DNA of 43,538 nucleotides from Hanamia sp. Its GTDB lineage: Bacteria > Bacteroidota > Bacteroidia > Chitinophagales > Chitinophagaceae. The position numbers and the translations under genes were made by a program. Under the pieces are notes generated by a model. The model had not been told where the DNA came from and ran no database searches. It saw only the letters and a list, made by a program, of their open reading frames with translations. This document shows, piece after piece, positions 26,713 through 36,053 of this stretch. How positions within the stretch are numbered: position 1 is the stretch's first letter; each line of letters starts with the position of its first letter. The DNA lies in the NCBI GenBank assembly GCA_036566285.1, contig DATCWN010000146.1, positions 1-43,538 on the forward strand, read 5' to 3'.

Positions 26713-28794
26713 CTAACCTTGTATCATTTTTAAAAAATCGGCTTCACTTATTATTTTAATAGATTTTATTTTCTTTGCCTTTTCCAGTTTGCTTCCGGCC
26801 GAATCGCCCACAACAAGATAATTCAAATTGCTGCTTACCGATGATAGTAGTTTGCCGCCGTTATCCTCTGCCAGTTTTTCCGCATCGCTCCTTTTTAAAG
26901 TGGGCAGCGTTCCGGTAAACAAAAATGTATTGCCAGTAAATTTCCCCGATACAGTTTCGGTTTTATCGCCATTGATATTTATTCCCTTGGCGGCAAGTTG
27001 TTCCAACATTAAAAGATTGTCTTCGTTGTGAAAAAAATCATAAATGCTTTCTGCCACTTTATTTCCAATATCTTTTAATTGTTGCAGGTCTTCAATGGAA
27101 AAGTTTTTTAAATCAAAAATGGTATCTACACTTTTCGCCAAAGTTTTTGCAGTAGTCTCTCCTACATACCTGATGCCTAAACCAAAAATTAATCTGTTTA
27201 AACTTTGCTTCTTTGAATTTTCAATGGCTGTGCGCAGGTTATCAATAGACTTTTGTTTGAATCCTTCGAGCGATGCAATTTTTTCAAAATCCAATGAGTA
27301 AATAGATGGAATGTTCGTGAGTAAACCCAGTGCGTAAAACTTTCTTACATTGGCTTCTCCAAAGGTTTTTATATCCATCGCATCCTTGCTTCCATAATGA
27401 ATGATGCGTTCTACCACCTGAGCTTTGCAATTGATATTTACACAACGCCATACGGCTTCTTCTTCCGGTTTTATCAATTCATCACCACAAACAGGACAAT
27501 GAGTTGGAAAAATAATTTTTTGCTCATTTCCGGTTCGTAATTCTGACAGTGGTTTTACAATATAAGGAATTACATCACCTGCCCGCTCCACTATAACGGT
27601 ATCACCTAAACGCAAATCTTTTTCTTCAATAATGCCTTCATTGAACAAAGACACAGAGGTAACCGTAACGCCTCCAATATGCACGGGTTCTATTTTTGCT
27701 ACGGGCGTTATTGATCCGGTACGCCCCACCTGGAATTCTACGTTCATTAATTTGGAAGTAGCCTGCCTTGCTTTAAATTTAAAAGCCATGGCCCATCGTG
27801 GATGATGCGTGGTGCTGCCGGTCTGCTGCTGCAGCTCTATTTCATTTACCTTCACTACCATACCATCTATTTCATAAGGCAGTTTATCTCTTTTTACTTC
27901 AAATTCCAGGCAAAATTTTATTACGTCGTTTATGTCGCCGAAAACTTTTTTTTCATTTACAGGAGTTTTAAATCCAAGCTCTGAAAGAAGCTGTAAAGTA
28001 CCTGCGTGTGTATTCAACAATTGAGGATATTTTTCGAGGCCATTTTTATTTAATTTAATAAAACTTACATGGTATAAGATAGCTTCTAATTTTCGTTTTC
28101 TTACCGCAGCAGGATCTTTCATTCTTAATGATCCTGCCGCAGCATTCCTGGGATTGGCAAGCGGGGAAAGGCCTTCTTCCGCAAGAGAGTCATTGTATTT
28201 TTTGAAATTTTCTTTAGTCATTAAAACCTCACCTCTTATTTCAATTCTTTCAATTCCATAATCTGAAAACCGTGCCGATAAAGGGACGGAGCCTATTTGT
28301 TTAATGTTTGTAGTGATGTCGTCTCCCGCCGCGCCATCGCCCCTTGTAGCTCCGCGATACAGCATATCATTTTCGTAAATAAGAGAAATACTGGCGCCAT
28401 CAAATTTGGGCTCTACGCTGAAATGAATTTTTTGATGATCCACCAGCCCGCTCAATCTTTTGTCCCAGTCAACAAGATCCTGCAGGTTATAGCTATTCTC
28501 AAGACTGAGCATGGGTACCAGGTGAGGCACCGTTACAAAATCTTTGTTGAGGCTGTTGCCCACTCTTTGCGTGGGCGAATCTGCGGTGATTAAATCAGGG
28601 TTTTCTTTTTCAATTTTTTCTAACTTTTTATAAAGCTCATCATATTCTTTATCGGAAATTAAAGGGTCGTTTAAAATGTAATACCGGAATTCATGGAAAC
28701 GAAGTACGTCCCGTAATTCACTCACAGTACCATTGGCAGAAAGAAGTAAATGGGTTAGAGTTTGTAATTCCTGTATCCGGTTCTTAGTATACAT
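26713..28794 (-). CDS. ligA: NAD-dependent DNA ligase
   Basis: EPKFDG adenylation motif, ANPRNAAAGSLR, QVGRTG, zinc finger, HhH, BRCT; TAACTTTG box at 28826-28833. Confidence 0.97.
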   Translation of the reverse strand: MYTKNRIQELQTLTHLLLSANGTVSELRDVLRFHEFRYYILNDPLISDKEYDELYKKLEKIEKENPDLITADSPTQRVGNSLNKDFVTVPHLVPMLSLENSYNLQDLVDWDKRLSGLVDHQKIHFSVEPKFDGASISLIYENDMLYRGATRGDGAAGDDITTNIKQIGSVPLSARFSDYGIERIEIRGEVLMTKENFKKYNDSLAEEGLSPLANPRNAAAGSLRMKDPAAVRKRKLEAILYHVSFIKLNKNGLEKYPQLLNTHAGTLQLLSELGFKTPVNEKKVFGDINDVIKFCLEFEVKRDKLPYEIDGMVVKVNEIELQQQTGSTTHHPRWAMAFKFKARQATSKLMNVEFQVGRTGSITPVAKIEPVHIGGVTVTSVSLFNEGIIEEKDLRLGDTVIVERAGDVIPYIVKPLSELRTGNEQKIIFPTHCPVCGDELIKPEEEAVWRCVNINCKAQVVERIIHYGSKDAMDIKTFGEANVRKFYALGLLTNIPSIYSLDFEKIASLEGFKQKSIDNLRTAIENSKKQSLNRLIFGLGIRYVGETTAKTLAKSVDTIFDLKNFSIEDLQQLKDIGNKVAESIYDFFHNEDNLLMLEQLAAKGININGDKTETVSGKFTGNTFLFTGTLPTLKRSDAEKLAEDNGGKLLSSVSSNLNYLVVGDSAGSKLEKAKKIKSIKIISEADFLKMIQG

Positions 28795-28896
28795 ACCTTT
28801 TTCTTAAAAAATGAGAGCTAAATTCCAAAGTTAAAAGTGATGTTTAAATATAACTGAATAATTTTTTGGTATCCCTACATTTGTAAAAAAAACTCC

Positions 28897-29490
28897 ATGT
28901 TCGATTTTGGAAACATTTCCCGGGCAGAATTAATCACTATTTCGTTCACCTTATTTGCAGTGATAGACATACTTGGTTCTATTCCTGTTTTAATTTCACT
29001 GAAAGATAAGATGGGTGGGCAAATTAAGACTGCACTTGCCACCATTGTTTCTGCAGCATTGATGATTTTATTTTTGTTTTTGGGACAACAGTTTTTAAAT
29101 ATTTTAGGATTGGATGTGCAATCATTTGCTGTAGCAGGCAGTATCGTAATTTTTATTATTGGACTTGAAATGATATTAGGCATCGAGTTTTTTAAACCGG
29201 AAAAGGACCCCAAAAGCGGTAGTGTGGTACCCATTGCTTTTCCATTAATTGCCGGGTCTGGGACACTAACCACCGTAATGTCTTTGAAAGCCAACTACCA
29301 CGATATTAATATTTTGTTGGGAATCCTTATTAATTGTGTGATCATTTTTGTGGTTTTGAAATCGCTTAAATGGATAGAAAAAGCTTTGGGCCCAAATGGA
29401 TTATTGGTGGTAAGAAAATTTTTTGGAGTGATATTATTGGCCATTGCCGTTAAAATATTTGGCGCCAACATCGGACAATTTGGAGGTTAA
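28897..29490 (+). CDS. MarC family membrane protein
   Basis: LFAVID.LG..P, SF.VAG, VP.AFPLIAGSG, G.ILLAIAV; TACATTTG box at 28876-28883. Confidence 0.9.
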   Translation: MFDFGNISRAELITISFTLFAVIDILGSIPVLISLKDKMGGQIKTALATIVSAALMILFLFLGQQFLNILGLDVQSFAVAGSIVIFIIGLEMILGIEFFKPEKDPKSGSVVPIAFPLIAGSGTLTTVMSLKANYHDINILLGILINCVIIFVVLKSLKWIEKALGPNGLLVVRKFFGVILLAIAVKIFGANIGQFGG

Positions 29491-29624
29491 TTATTTTGAA
29501 GTAAACCTATTAGGTCGTTCTATTTTTGTATAATATCTTTTGTCTTTTCGGCATGATTACTGTTTATCTTTTAATTTCTGCGCTTTTCTCCAGGCGCATT
29601 TGTGGCAATTTTTAAACCCATTTT

Positions 29625-30044
29625 ATGGCCTTTAAAAATGAAATAGTATCTCCGCAAAATATTCCGCAAATGAGGAAACATCTTTTGCAAGAGCAATGGA
29701 AAAGCACTCATAATAAACTACCCGGAAAAATTGCCATTCCTTCTCCCAAAGGATATATTTTTATATCGGCTCTCGAAATCTTATACTGTCACTCTCAAAG
29801 CAACTATACCGAATTCTATCTTACCAATAAAACTAAAATTATTTCAAGTTATACCTTAGGGCTGTATGAAGATATTTTGAACGACCTCAATTTTTTCAGA
29901 ATTCACCGGTCTTGTATGATTAATCTGGAGTATTTAAAATTATTTAAGAAGGAGAATGGCGGATCTGTAGTTATGAGTGATGGACACGAGATCAAAATAT
30001 CACGCAGTAACAAAGTAAATTTCATGAAGTTATTTAAGGAATGA
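29625..30044 (+). CDS. Stand-alone LytTR DNA-binding domain protein
   Basis: ILYC.S.SNYT, FFRIHRS.MINL, V.MSDG...ISR; no receiver domain. Confidence 0.8.
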   Translation: MAFKNEIVSPQNIPQMRKHLLQEQWKSTHNKLPGKIAIPSPKGYIFISALEILYCHSQSNYTEFYLTNKTKIISSYTLGLYEDILNDLNFFRIHRSCMINLEYLKLFKKENGGSVVMSDGHEIKISRSNKVNFMKLFKE

Positions 30045-30308
30045 AATTTCTGAAAACCTTGTTACCGATTGGATTTTCAAATTAATTTCTTTTTGCTTTT
30101 TTCCCTAAGCTATTCCTGCAAAGAACCGGCATCCATAATTTCTATTCAATAAATGAAATCAGGTTATTCAATAAAATTTAATTAAAGGATTATAAAAAAA
30201 AGCTTGTTTTGCTATCCCAAAAATCCTTCCTATAAATTTCTTTCTCTCTCTTTCTCTGGAAATACTAAGAATTTTTAAACACTTCTTCATCATTTAAAAA
30301 TTTTTATT

Positions 30309-31508
30309 ATGCAGACAACATTTATTAAATCAAGATCAATTTTTAACATGAATGGATTAACCTTCATAAAAATTGAAAGTCTTTTTCTAATTGCAATCCT
30401 TTTATTTTTTGCTTCCTGTGTAAAGAATCATGACCATCCTTGCGCTGAGGATACTCCGGTGATAAAAGTAAAAGTTATGGCGACGGGATTAAACAATCCA
30501 CGGGGATTAAAGTTTGGCCCCGACGGGAACTTGTATGTGGCAGAAGGGGGGATAGGTGGCACCCAATCTTCCACCGGATGCGATCAGGTAATTCCGCCCA
30601 TTGGCCCTTATACAGGCAGCGCCACAGGCGGACGCATTTCAAAAATTAGTTGGAACGGAGAGCGTACCACTATGGTTGACAATTTACCCACCAGCCAAAC
30701 CAGCGCTGAAAGTGGCGCACTCGTTAGTGGCGTGGCCGACGTAGCCTTTATAGGCCGCAATCTTTATGCGATACTCGCTGGTGCGGGCTGCTCCCATGGA
30801 GTTCCTTCTTTGCCCAATGGTATCGTAAGAATTAAAGGTTATAATAATTGGTCATTGATAGCTGATTTAAGCGCCTGGCAACAAGATCATCCTGTTTTGC
30901 ATCCTGAAGAAGATGATTTTGAACCCGATGGCACCTGGTATAATATGATAACCGTGAACGGAAATTTTTTCGCAGTAGAACCCAATCATGGTGAATTGGT
31001 AAAAGTAAATGCCGGCGGGAAAATTAGCAGGGTACTTGATATTTCCGCCAGCCAGGGCCATATTGTTCCTACTGCTCTTGCGTTTGACAGAGGAAATTTT
31101 TATGTCGGCAATCTGAATCCGTTTCCCATTGTTGATGGAAGCTCCCATATTTATAAAATAACTCCCGAAGGGGAAATATCTATTGTCCAATCTGATTTCA
31201 CCACCGTATTGGGAATTGCTTTTGACGAATGGCATAGAATGTATGTATTGGAAAATACCACCGGCAATCCTTTCCCTACACCCGGTACAGGAAGGGTTAT
31301 AAGAATTAATGATTCCGGCACGCGCGATGTAATTGCTTCAGGTCTTAATCTGCCTACCGGCATTACGTTTGGCCCCGATGGAAAATTATATGTATCTAAC
31401 TGGGGATTCGGGCCACCGGCAATAGGAGGCGGACAAATTCTTCAGATTACAGTCAAAAACTGTGAAGGCCAGGACTTGCCATCTGCACCCAGGTTTGGGA
31501 AAGATTAA
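30309..31508 (+). CDS. ScyD/ScyE-like beta-propeller lipoprotein
   Basis: Lipobox FASC; ATGLNNPRGL.FGPDG.LYVAEGG.G, VPTALA, GL..PTGI.FGPDG.LYVSN.G repeats. Confidence 0.75.
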   Translation: MQTTFIKSRSIFNMNGLTFIKIESLFLIAILLFFASCVKNHDHPCAEDTPVIKVKVMATGLNNPRGLKFGPDGNLYVAEGGIGGTQSSTGCDQVIPPIGPYTGSATGGRISKISWNGERTTMVDNLPTSQTSAESGALVSGVADVAFIGRNLYAILAGAGCSHGVPSLPNGIVRIKGYNNWSLIADLSAWQQDHPVLHPEEDDFEPDGTWYNMITVNGNFFAVEPNHGELVKVNAGGKISRVLDISASQGHIVPTALAFDRGNFYVGNLNPFPIVDGSSHIYKITPEGEISIVQSDFTTVLGIAFDEWHRMYVLENTTGNPFPTPGTGRVIRINDSGTRDVIASGLNLPTGITFGPDGKLYVSNWGFGPPAIGGGQILQITVKNCEGQDLPSAPRFGKD

Positions 31509-31641
31509 AGATAGGAAGATCCGGATTTTCAATCATTAATTCAGACGGAATATGTTACCAAAGAAATTAATGAAGATAAGAGTAATAATTCTCTTAATGT
31601 CTTAAACAAAGTCTGCTAAGAAATACGCACTGTATCCCACC

Positions 31642-31687
31642 AAATAAAAAATAAAACCCTTACAAGTTAATACCAGTAAGGGTTTTA
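31642..31687 (-). terminator. Intrinsic terminator downstream of the tRNA-like RNA
   Basis: 12-bp stem taaaacccttac/gtaagggtttta (31652-31687) followed on the - strand by TTTTTTATTT. Confidence 0.75.
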
Positions 31688-31700
31688 ATGTTTAAAGTTG

Positions 31701-31874
31701 CTGTAGGGGAAGGGTTCGAACCTTCACGAGGCAGTTAGCTATAACACAAAGAAAGTTGAGTGGTCAACCCTGGTCGTTCAGATTTTCATCAGAGCGGCTC
31801 TATGCTACGTTTATCCTGTGCTCCTCACCCCCGAGACAAGAGGGCATGTCTGCCAAAAATTTCATCACCCCACA
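31701..31874 (-). ncRNA. tRNA-like RNA (GUC anticodon) with a ~102-nt structured variable-arm insertion
   Basis: Acceptor TGTGGGG/CCCTACA + G73; D arm ATG-AAATTTTTGGCAGA-CAT; anticodon arm CCCTC-TTGTCTC-GGGGG; T arm GAAGG-TTCGAAC-CCTTC; insertion 31726-31827; no encoded CCA. Confidence 0.8.
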
Positions 31875-31896
31875 ATATTTAAGAACTAATCTGATG

Positions 31897-31928
31897 CAAA
31901 TCTAAATACTAAGCCTTTATCAAACAAA
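31897..31928 (-). promoter_or_regulatory. Promoter of the tRNA-like RNA
   Basis: TAGATTTG (-7) at 31897-31904 and TTTG (-33) at 31925-31928, 20-nt spacer. Confidence 0.7.
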
Positions 31929-32012
31929 TATTTTAACAGAATTACTTGGAATATAGAAAAGTTTTAAATAGTTTAGCTTTTTTGTACAAATCATCTAAAA
32001 ATAAAAACTAAA

Positions 32013-32486
32013 ATGGCTGCAAAGTTTAATATTGATAAACTCGATTTACAGATCATCCAGGAAATGTTGGAAAATGCTGAAACACCTTATGCCGAGCTGG
32101 GCAAAAAACTTTTTGTAAGCGGTGGTACCATTCACGTTCGCATCAAAAAATTGGAAGAGCTCGGTATAGTTAAAGGTAAAAGATTAAAAGTAAATCTAAA
32201 ACAATTAGGTTTCGACATTACCGCATTCGTGGGAATTTTTTTAGAAAAAAGTTCTTTATATGATGTGGTCGCCAAAGAATTGGAAAAAATTCCTGAAATA
32301 GTGAGGCTGAATTATACCACAGGAAATTACAGCATGTACATCGAAATTGTTTGTAAGGATATCAATCAGCTACGAGGAATTCTGCACGATGATCTGCAAA
32401 AAATAAAAGGCATCGAACGCACGGAGACGCTCATTTCACTTGCAGAAAGTTTTAATAGAAGTGTGAAAGTGAGTGATGAAGAATAG
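32013..32486 (+). CDS. Lrp/AsnC family transcriptional regulator
   Basis: IDKLDLQI....TPYAELGKKLFVSGGTIHVRIKKL..GI HTH; YTTGNYS..C; L.KI.GIERTETLISL, close in pattern to AsnC. Confidence 0.93.
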   Translation: MAAKFNIDKLDLQIIQEMLENAETPYAELGKKLFVSGGTIHVRIKKLEELGIVKGKRLKVNLKQLGFDITAFVGIFLEKSSLYDVVAKELEKIPEIVRLNYTTGNYSMYIEIVCKDINQLRGILHDDLQKIKGIERTETLISLAESFNRSVKVSDEE

Positions 32487-32550
32487 CAATGTTTGATGTG
32501 CGTTTTAGCTTTGAATCTGATATTTTAAAGAAATGAGGTGATTTTCAAAA

Positions 32551-32573
32551 CCCTCCTTTGGAGGGTAGGGAGG
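32551..32573. repeat. REP-like C/G hairpin at the end of the permease gene
   Basis: ccctcc-ttt-ggaggg-tagggagg; same architecture as 4140-4157 and 21781-21799. Confidence 0.5.
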
Positions 32574-32575
32574 TT

Positions 32576-33658
32576 CTATCCTCTCACATCTAACGCATCT
32601 CTCAATCCATTTCCTAAAAGATTAAACGCTAAAACTAAAATCATAATGGCGATGCCGGGAGCCAGCGCCAGTGCGGGGTTATGAGTTATGATGAAATTGT
32701 AATTCTCCTTTATCATCAGCCCCCAACTTGGCGTGGGTGGTTGTATTCCAATTCCTAAGAAACTCAATCCGGCTTCAATTATTATGGCGCTTGCAAAATT
32801 GGATGCTGCGATGACCATTACCGGTCCCAACACGTTGGGAAGAATATGCCGGATAATAATTCTCATATCTTTCAAGCCTAACGCCTTTGCCGCCTGAATA
32901 TATTCCATTTCACGCAATGCAAACACCTGCCCGCGCACCACACGGGCCACACTCACCCACATCGTTAACCCGACAGCAATAAATATTTGCCAGAAGCCTT
33001 TGCCCAAAGTAAGCGTGATACCAAATACTAAAAGCAAAGTGGGCATACTCCAGATTACATTGATAAACCACATGATAATATTATCCGTTTTACCACCAAA
33101 GTATCCTGCTGTAGCGCCTAAAATAATTCCAATTGATAAGGAAATTAGGACTGTTATCAACCCAACTGCTAGGCTCACGCGCACTCCTACAATGAGGCGG
33201 CTGAGAATATCCCTGCCAAATTTATCGGTGCCCAGCCAGAAGGTTTTGGAAACAATATAATCTTCTGCCGGCAAAATATTTTTTGAAAAAATTTGTCTTT
33301 CCTGCAACCCTTCATCAATGTATTTTTCAACATAAACGGAATCTTTGGTTTCTGAAAAATCGTTGATAGGAACATAATTGAATTTGTCTTCCGCGCCAAA
33401 AAGTAATCTTGAAAAAAGCGCCGTTCGACCGATCTCTTTTTCTTTTTTTACTTTAATAAATAATTGTGTGAATCCCGGTTTACGCGCTTGTATTTCTACA
33501 ATTTGCCTGTCGGCATTGGGCGTGGTATCTGTCCCCAAAAAATATGCAAAGATGCCGATAAGCACAGATAGGGCAATAATAATAAGCCCGGTCATAGCGC
33601 CTTTATTTTTCTTGAGTCTTCGCCAGGCTTGTTGGGAAAAAGAAAATGAATGTTGCAT
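32576..33658 (-). CDS. Peptide/nickel ABC transporter permease (OppC/DppC-like)
   Basis: AWRRLKKNK, LGTDKFGRDILSR, EYIQAAKALG (EAA loop), HILPN, EAGLSFLG.G..PP.PSWG. Confidence 0.92.
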   Translation of the reverse strand: MQHSFSFSQQAWRRLKKNKGAMTGLIIIALSVLIGIFAYFLGTDTTPNADRQIVEIQARKPGFTQLFIKVKKEKEIGRTALFSRLLFGAEDKFNYVPINDFSETKDSVYVEKYIDEGLQERQIFSKNILPAEDYIVSKTFWLGTDKFGRDILSRLIVGVRVSLAVGLITVLISLSIGIILGATAGYFGGKTDNIIMWFINVIWSMPTLLLVFGITLTLGKGFWQIFIAVGLTMWVSVARVVRGQVFALREMEYIQAAKALGLKDMRIIIRHILPNVLGPVMVIAASNFASAIIIEAGLSFLGIGIQPPTPSWGLMIKENYNFIITHNPALALAPGIAIMILVLAFNLLGNGLRDALDVRG

Positions 33659-33744
33659 CAAATTAAAAATAGAAAACTTTTGAGTGAAAATGGGATGAAG
33701 CCATCATTTTTGAATTATAATCAAATAAAAAGGCTTTCTTGGTT

Positions 33745-34983
33745 TTAAATCAGATGCGAAGTCTTGCTGGCTTTTCGGGCTTCTTTCCATGCAGGAATAG
33801 AAAAATAAAATACAGAACCTTTTCCAATTTTACTTTCTACCCATATACGGCCGCGGTGGGCTTTAATAATTTCCGAGGAAACAAATAACCCGATTCCTGA
33901 TCCTGAAAATGAACTTGCCGATCCGCTCACCCGGTAAAAGCGCATGAAGATGTTGTTAAGGTCCTTTTCAGGGATACCAATACCGGTATCACGCACACTC
34001 AAGATTACATTTCCATCTTTTTGGTGAGTCTCAATAACAATATCCCCGGGCGAAGGCATATATTTTATGGAATTGCTGATGAAATTAATTATCACCTGCT
34101 CTATTCTTTGCCGGTCAGCATTTAGCATCAATTTGTGAACCTTGTCTTTAAATACCAATTTGTGATCTTTAGCGGTTTTCTGTAGGTTATTAATTATTTC
34201 TTTTACCAGCACTTGGAGGTTAAAAAGAGAGGTATTCAGTTCCAGACTTCCTGACTGTATTTTGGAAACGTCCAGCAGGTCAGATACCAGGCCGGATAAT
34301 TTTAAAACCTGTTTCAAGGACGTATTTACAAAAGAAATGTTCTTATCTGCTGCCATTATTTGCTGTAAAAGCTGGAGATTGGCTAATATTACGGTAAGCG
34401 GTGTTTTCAATTCGTGGCTTGTCATTACAATAAAGTCATCTCTGTGAAGGTTTAACTCCTGCAACCGTTGAGTATATAGCTTACGCTGGTTTTCTGCTTC
34501 TATTTTTGAAGAAATATCTCTTGCAATTTTGGAGGCGCCGATAATTTTTCCTTTACTATTTTTTACTGGCGATACAGTCAAAGAAATCTGTCTTCTCGTT
34601 CCATCTTTTGCGACCCTCACGGTTTCAAAGTGGTCAATTTTCTTGCCTGCTCGAATACTTTCTATAATTAAAGTTTCCTCGTTCAACCTTTCCTGTGGAA
34701 TGATAAGAGAAATATGCTTTCCGATAGCTTCTTTTTCAGTATAACCAAACATTTTCCTCGCCGCATGATTCCAGCTTGTAATGATGCCATCAAGTGTTTT
34801 ACTGATGATGGCGTCGTCGGATGAATTGACAATTGCGGCAAGTGTTGCCTGTTTTTCTTCAGCAGTAGCGGTAGTATCCTTTTTAGTATTTTTTTTAATT
34901 GAAACTTTAGCATTCAATCTTACGGTATCAATCCTGGTTTTGCCTTTTGTTTCAAAAGATTCTTTCTTCTCTTTCGTGTTCAT
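33745..34983 (-). CDS. Cytoplasmic PAS-domain sensor histidine kinase
   Basis: PAS (SSDDAIISKTLDG.ITSWN), H-box SHELKTPLT, N-box, D-G-G (DTGIGI), GSGIGL, G.GS.F. Confidence 0.92.
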   Translation of the reverse strand: MNTKEKKESFETKGKTRIDTVRLNAKVSIKKNTKKDTTATAEEKQATLAAIVNSSDDAIISKTLDGIITSWNHAARKMFGYTEKEAIGKHISLIIPQERLNEETLIIESIRAGKKIDHFETVRVAKDGTRRQISLTVSPVKNSKGKIIGASKIARDISSKIEAENQRKLYTQRLQELNLHRDDFIVMTSHELKTPLTVILANLQLLQQIMAADKNISFVNTSLKQVLKLSGLVSDLLDVSKIQSGSLELNTSLFNLQVLVKEIINNLQKTAKDHKLVFKDKVHKLMLNADRQRIEQVIINFISNSIKYMPSPGDIVIETHQKDGNVILSVRDTGIGIPEKDLNNIFMRFYRVSGSASSFSGSGIGLFVSSEIIKAHRGRIWVESKIGKGSVFYFSIPAWKEARKASKTSHLI

Positions 34984-35259
34984 TTCTTTTCTTTAATCTA
35001 CCCGGAATGGATATAAGCTAAGCTTTTTACTTTTGATGGATAAAAGTAATTTATTTTAAAGCAAACGGAAACAAAATAATAATGTTTCTGGGAACGATTG
35101 CGGAGACTAATAAAAATATAGTTGTCATAAACTTGATTTAATTGTTTAAAATTTAATTCCCGCGTTTATTACATACCCTCAAAAGAGAGGCCTGATTTAA
35201 AAAAGATTATTCTAAAAAAAAATTTTAAAAACCGGTGAAAGATAAATTTGAGTATGGCT

Positions 35260-35877
35260 TTATTCCTGGTGATCTATCATGGAGGGGCTGATGTCCGGTA
35301 CCGAGTAAATATTGAAGCTTTTGCGGTGATAGCAGCATATACCATATTGGTGAATGGCTGCACGATGCTCGCGCGTGCCATAACCTTTATTGGTAAACCA
35401 CGCATACATCGCATGTTTTTTATGAAGCTTTTGCATGTAGGCATCGCGGTATGTTTTTGCCAGCACACTTGCTGCTGCTATGGAAGTGTACATGCCATCT
35501 CCTTTGACGATGCAGTAATGTGGCATTTTCTTGTAAGGTTTAAACCTGTTGCCATCAACCAATAAAATGTCGGGTTTGTTTTTTAGTTTATTAAGGGCAA
35601 GGTGCATGGCTTTAAAAGATGCCTGCAAAATATTAATGCGGTCTATTTCATCATTGGAAACGCTGGATACCGCGTAAGCAACGCTTTCTCTTTCGATAAG
35701 CGGCCGCAGAAAATCACGCTCTTCCTTAGTAAGTTGTTTGGAATCGTTTAATAAAGGATGGTAAAAATCTTTTGGTAAAATAACCGCTGCGGCAAACACC
35801 GGGCCTGCGAAGCAGCCACGGCCAGTTTCGTCTAAACCGGCTTCTATAAATTTATTATGATAAAAAGGAAGCAGCAT
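35260..35877 (-). CDS. rnhB: Ribonuclease HII
   Basis: GLDETGRG..AGPV, LNDSK, VDGN, KGD..SIAAASVLAK..RD, NKGYGT..H. Confidence 0.96.
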   Translation of the reverse strand: MLLPFYHNKFIEAGLDETGRGCFAGPVFAAAVILPKDFYHPLLNDSKQLTKEERDFLRPLIERESVAYAVSSVSNDEIDRINILQASFKAMHLALNKLKNKPDILLVDGNRFKPYKKMPHYCIVKGDGMYTSIAAASVLAKTYRDAYMQKLHKKHAMYAWFTNKGYGTREHRAAIHQYGICCYHRKSFNIYSVPDISPSMIDHQE

Positions 35878-36053
35878 TTATTTTTTTCAAAAATAAACTT
35901 ACCGTTTAATTTTTGGCAATCAACTTTTCAACATTCGCTTTAAGATGGTTTGAAATAAAAATGTATGGCTGTGTGGAATTAACTTTGCGCATCATTTCAG
36001 ATTTGATAGAACCGAATCAATTTATTTTGAATCAAATAAACAAAGAGAAAATA

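Noticed and set aside
29491-31700. Genomic islet integrated at the 3' end of the tRNA-like gene
   Set aside because: No integrase, and I found no duplicated 3' fragment (att site) near marC.
31726-31827. Group I intron or hammerhead ribozyme (CTGATGA on the - strand) in the tRNA-like RNA
   Set aside because: Too short for a group I intron and not in the anticodon loop. CTGATGA is not followed by stem II plus GAAA in hammerhead geometry.
31701-31874. tmRNA, tRNA-Sec or ordinary tRNA-Asp
   Set aside because: No Ala-type acceptor or tag ORF and far too short for tmRNA; no UCA anticodon; U37, a class-II D arm and a 102-nt variable region are incompatible with a normal tRNA-Asp.
2-35877. ligD, radA, ligA, HNH and rnhB as a DNA-repair island
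   Set aside because: The genes are scattered among unrelated housekeeping genes in different orientations, consistent with ordinary shuffled gene order.
35913-36053. 47-aa N-terminal extension of CtaA
   Set aside because: It contains the TAACTTTG promoter box; ATG 36054 fits better.
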